From: Vicinamibacteria bacterium
GTDB taxonomy: Bacteria; Acidobacteriota; Vicinamibacteria; Marinacidobacterales; Marinacidobacteraceae
Length of the DNA stretch: 64,000 nt
Direction: 5' to 3'
Assembly: GCA_964291235.2 (NCBI GenBank)
Contig: OZ219815.1
Coordinates: forward strand, 256,001-320,000
Position numbers and translations under genes: made by a program. Numbering within the stretch: the stretch's first letter is position 1; every line of letters starts with the position of its first letter. Under the pieces are notes generated by a model. It ran no database searches. It saw nothing but the letters and a program-made list of their open reading frames with translations, and had not been told where the DNA came from. Below are positions 61,334 through 64,000 of the stretch, piece by piece.

Positions 61334-63061
61334 ATGGATGCAGGCGCCCTGACGAGGAGCCTCGCGCCGCTTGTCGGGGCCGCGGTTCTCGGTCTCGTGT
61401 TGGCGACGTGCGGAGGAGCCACGCCGACTACGCTGCCAGCGACTCCGACTACACCGTCAGCGCCCACGGTCGCCTCGCTCGAGGTGAGCGGGACAGGCGT
61501 GCTGACCTCTATCGGCGAGACGACGCAGTTCATGGTGACCGCCACACTGTCCGACGGCTCGACGCACCCCGTAGAAGCCGCGGAGATCCACTGGGAGTCC
61601 TCCGATCCGGCGGTGGCCACCGTGTCGGACGGCCTCACAATCGGCGTGGGAGGGGGGAATGCGACGCTCACCGCGACCTATGAAGGGCAGGCCGCCGAGA
61701 TCCCGGTCTCCGTTCGTATTTCCCTGCGGACCGAGCGCACCGTGCGCGTCATCTATGCATCGCCGGCGGACCGACAGTTCCGCGCCGATTACAGCGAGGT
61801 GATCACGCACGCGATCGTGGACCTCCAGTCGTGGTACCGCCGTCAGACCGGAGGACTAACGTTTGAACTCTTCGAAGCCACACCCGAGTGGTGCCAGATG
61901 CCGGGAGATCACGACTACTACAAACAGGGCGACTCGTGGAAGAAGATCGTGGAGGGCGTACAGCACTGCGCCCCTGTGAGCCGCGACGGAGAGGAGCACA
62001 CCTGGCTCCTCTATGCGGACGTGAAGGAGGAATGCGACAAACCGTTCCCCGCCGGACGTACCTTGGGAAAGGGCGCACCCGGCCTCACAATCCTTCACAA
62101 GGAAGACTTGGAGGGGCTGAATGCGCTGGGCGCTCAGACGGTTACAACCGTTGGCTGCAACGGGACGTTCGTCGAGACTCCAGACCGCTGGATCGGTGGC
62201 GCAGGACACGAGCTGGGCCACGCGCTATGGCTTCCCCATCCGCCGGGGTTCGACGACGGTCTCCCGTCGGCTGACGGCGCGGCGCTCATGGGCGTCGGCT
62301 TTACGACCTATCCGGACACCTATCTGCGCTTCGACGAAAAGGAAGTGCTGTTTCGCAATCCGTTCATCAAAGCGGAGGAGACACCAACGAACGAGTCTGG
62401 CGCGAGGCGCCTTACCTCGCCAGTCCAAGGGACCGTGCTGAGCCCGAGCGGCGTCCCCATAGAAGGGATTCAGGTCTCGCTGCTAACCGACGGGTTCTGG
62501 AACTGGAGCGAGACGGCGAGCGACGGAAGCTTCGAGATTGGCGTTTCCGAGGGAACGTCCGGCCCCTTCGCGCTGTCTGTCCATGCCGGGAAAACGGCGG
62601 ACTGCACCTGGTTGGGCTACTACGGTCCTGACGGTCTGACCTCACTGCGCCATCGCGCCAGCCCCGTCTTCGCCGATCAGACCGGAGTCGAGATCCGGCT
62701 TCCCTCGACGCCGCATGAGTTGTGCGGAAGAGACAGGGTGCTGACGGGAACGGTGTTCGGGCCGGACGGGCGGCCCGTCGCCGGGACCGAGATTCGGATC
62801 GGGGCGTACTGTTGTTTCTGGCCGTTGGGCCGCGACGGCAGTTTCGAGATTCCGGTTCGTTGGCCCTCGGGGTTCGGTGGACTCACAGCTGAAATCGTCA
62901 GGATCAGACTCGATCGTTGCGGAAACGAAGACGTGGGCTACTACGGCTTGGGCGGATGGACCGACCGGCGGGAGGACGCTCTGTTTGTCGAGGTTGGTGC
63001 TGTCGGGAGCGCCATTGAAATCAACCTTCCGGCCAATCCGCAGGCACTGTGCCGGCCATGA
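61334..63061 (+). CDS. Putative lipoprotein: Ig-like (Big_2) domain + zinc metallopeptidase + two beta-sandwich repeats
   Basis: LATC lipobox, WESSDP.VATV..G, HELGHALWLPH with a downstream LMG Met-turn, two GTV..P.G.P..G...DGSFEI...GYYG repeats. Confidence 0.72.
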   Translation: MDAGALTRSLAPLVGAAVLGLVLATCGGATPTTLPATPTTPSAPTVASLEVSGTGVLTSIGETTQFMVTATLSDGSTHPVEAAEIHWESSDPAVATVSDGLTIGVGGGNATLTATYEGQAAEIPVSVRISLRTERTVRVIYASPADRQFRADYSEVITHAIVDLQSWYRRQTGGLTFELFEATPEWCQMPGDHDYYKQGDSWKKIVEGVQHCAPVSRDGEEHTWLLYADVKEECDKPFPAGRTLGKGAPGLTILHKEDLEGLNALGAQTVTTVGCNGTFVETPDRWIGGAGHELGHALWLPHPPGFDDGLPSADGAALMGVGFTTYPDTYLRFDEKEVLFRNPFIKAEETPTNESGARRLTSPVQGTVLSPSGVPIEGIQVSLLTDGFWNWSETASDGSFEIGVSEGTSGPFALSVHAGKTADCTWLGYYGPDGLTSLRHRASPVFADQTGVEIRLPSTPHELCGRDRVLTGTVFGPDGRPVAGTEIRIGAYCCFWPLGRDGSFEIPVRWPSGFGGLTAEIVRIRLDRCGNEDVGYYGLGGWTDRREDALFVEVGAVGSAIEINLPANPQALCRP

Positions 63062-63115
63062 GCGACGGGTGGACCCACCCGAGAGAAGGCGGAACACGTT
63101 GAGGCCCTACGAGGA

Positions 63116-64000
63116 ATGCAGGCCGGCGGCGCGGGGCGTGGTCCGCCGGTCTCCGGCCAGGATGGTGGTGCGGACGGCTTGGACGGCCGGCCGGTTCGCG
63201 CGGTAGCGGCCTTCAGACAGGGGCCAGCAAGACGACTGGCCCTACCATTCCTCGCCGTCTTGCCAACCAACCCGGCACCGTCGCCGACCCAGCCGTTCCA
63301 GACCTCGGAATACCTCCCGATCGGCGGGATCGAGCAGTGGGTCTCGACCCGGGGCAGCGACCCCGGCAATCCCGTCCTGCTGATCGTTCATGGGGGGCCG
63401 GGTTACAGCAACGCCTCCGTCACCCACGCGTTTGACTCCTGGCAACAGGACTTCACGATCGTGGACTGGGACCAGCGCGGAGCGGGTCGCACCTTCATGC
63501 ACAACGGTCTCGACGGGAGCCGCCACATCAGTCTGGACCGCATCGCTCGAGATGGAGTCGAACTGGCCAGGCTCCTGAGAGAGCGGTTCGAACAGCAGCA
63601 GATCACTGTCGTGGGTCTCTCCTTCGGGTCGGTCATCGCGCTGAAGATGGTCACCCTGGATCCGTCCCGGTTCGAGGCGTACATCGGCAGCGGACAGCTC
63701 GTGAGCGGCCCCGACGGAGACGCACTGGGCTTCCGGGAAACACTGAAAGAGGCGCGTCGCACCAACAATCGGGAAGCGATGGACGCGCTGGAGGAGATCG
63801 GGCCCCCTCCCTGGCGCGACGCGCAGACCTGGTTCTTGGCCAAGAGCTGGGCCGGCCGCCTGACGAGGCCGGAAGATCCGGCGAGCAAGATTCGGCTGGA
63901 CGAGTTGCTGGAAGGCCTGCTGAAGCGGGGGTATTCGCGGGAAGAGCTGGAGGGGATCAGGCGAGGCGCGGCGCTCACCACGTATCGGTTGGCTCCGCAC
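63116..64000 (+). CDS. Alpha/beta hydrolase (proline iminopeptidase-like), truncated by the window end; start uncertain
   Basis: Manual translation IGGIEQW...G.D..NPVLLIVHGGPG, VDWDQRGAG, GLSFG nucleophile elbow. Confidence 0.85.
   Translation, partial: MQAGGAGRGPPVSGQDGGADGLDGRPVRAVAAFRQGPARRLALPFLAVLPTNPAPSPTQPFQTSEYLPIGGIEQWVSTRGSDPGNPVLLIVHGGPGYSNASVTHAFDSWQQDFTIVDWDQRGAGRTFMHNGLDGSRHISLDRIARDGVELARLLRERFEQQQITVVGLSFGSVIALKMVTLDPSRFEAYIGSGQLVSGPDGDALGFRETLKEARRTNNREAMDALEEIGPPPWRDAQTWFLAKSWAGRLTRPEDPASKIRLDELLEGLLKRGYSREELEGIRRGAALTTYRLAPH

Overview
High-GC bacterial window, probably Acidobacteriota (GWxTD protein, Oar-type TonB-dependent receptor, DUF5916, CehA/McbA hydrolase). Eukaryote-like LRR and MORN proteins, a sterol reductase and a sulfotransferase suggest a host-associated, possibly sponge-symbiont, lineage (inference). 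Core blocks: BON, pxpBC/pxpA, a 28-aa ribosomal protein THX missed by the ORF track, ispG, gltA, ccmEFH..AB, ctaAB. Three accessory regions lie between them. (1) A defence island at about 10.2-24.1 kb: type I R-M with an extended HsdR, an embedded Schlafen/AlbA_2 protein, Mrr, decayed toxin-antitoxin genes, an unexplained array of 17 copies of a 16-bp core with alternating 17/15-bp spacers, and an 88-bp REP tandem array. (2) A candidate sterol-modification operon at 37.7-43.1 kb followed by an LRR gene. (3) An IS3 inserted into the loop of a REP palindrome, followed by three modular MORN-like paralogs. REP-like palindromes with compensatory stem changes mark most core/accessory borders, and many genes look leaderless. 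All protein family calls come from motif recognition by eye; no database search was run.
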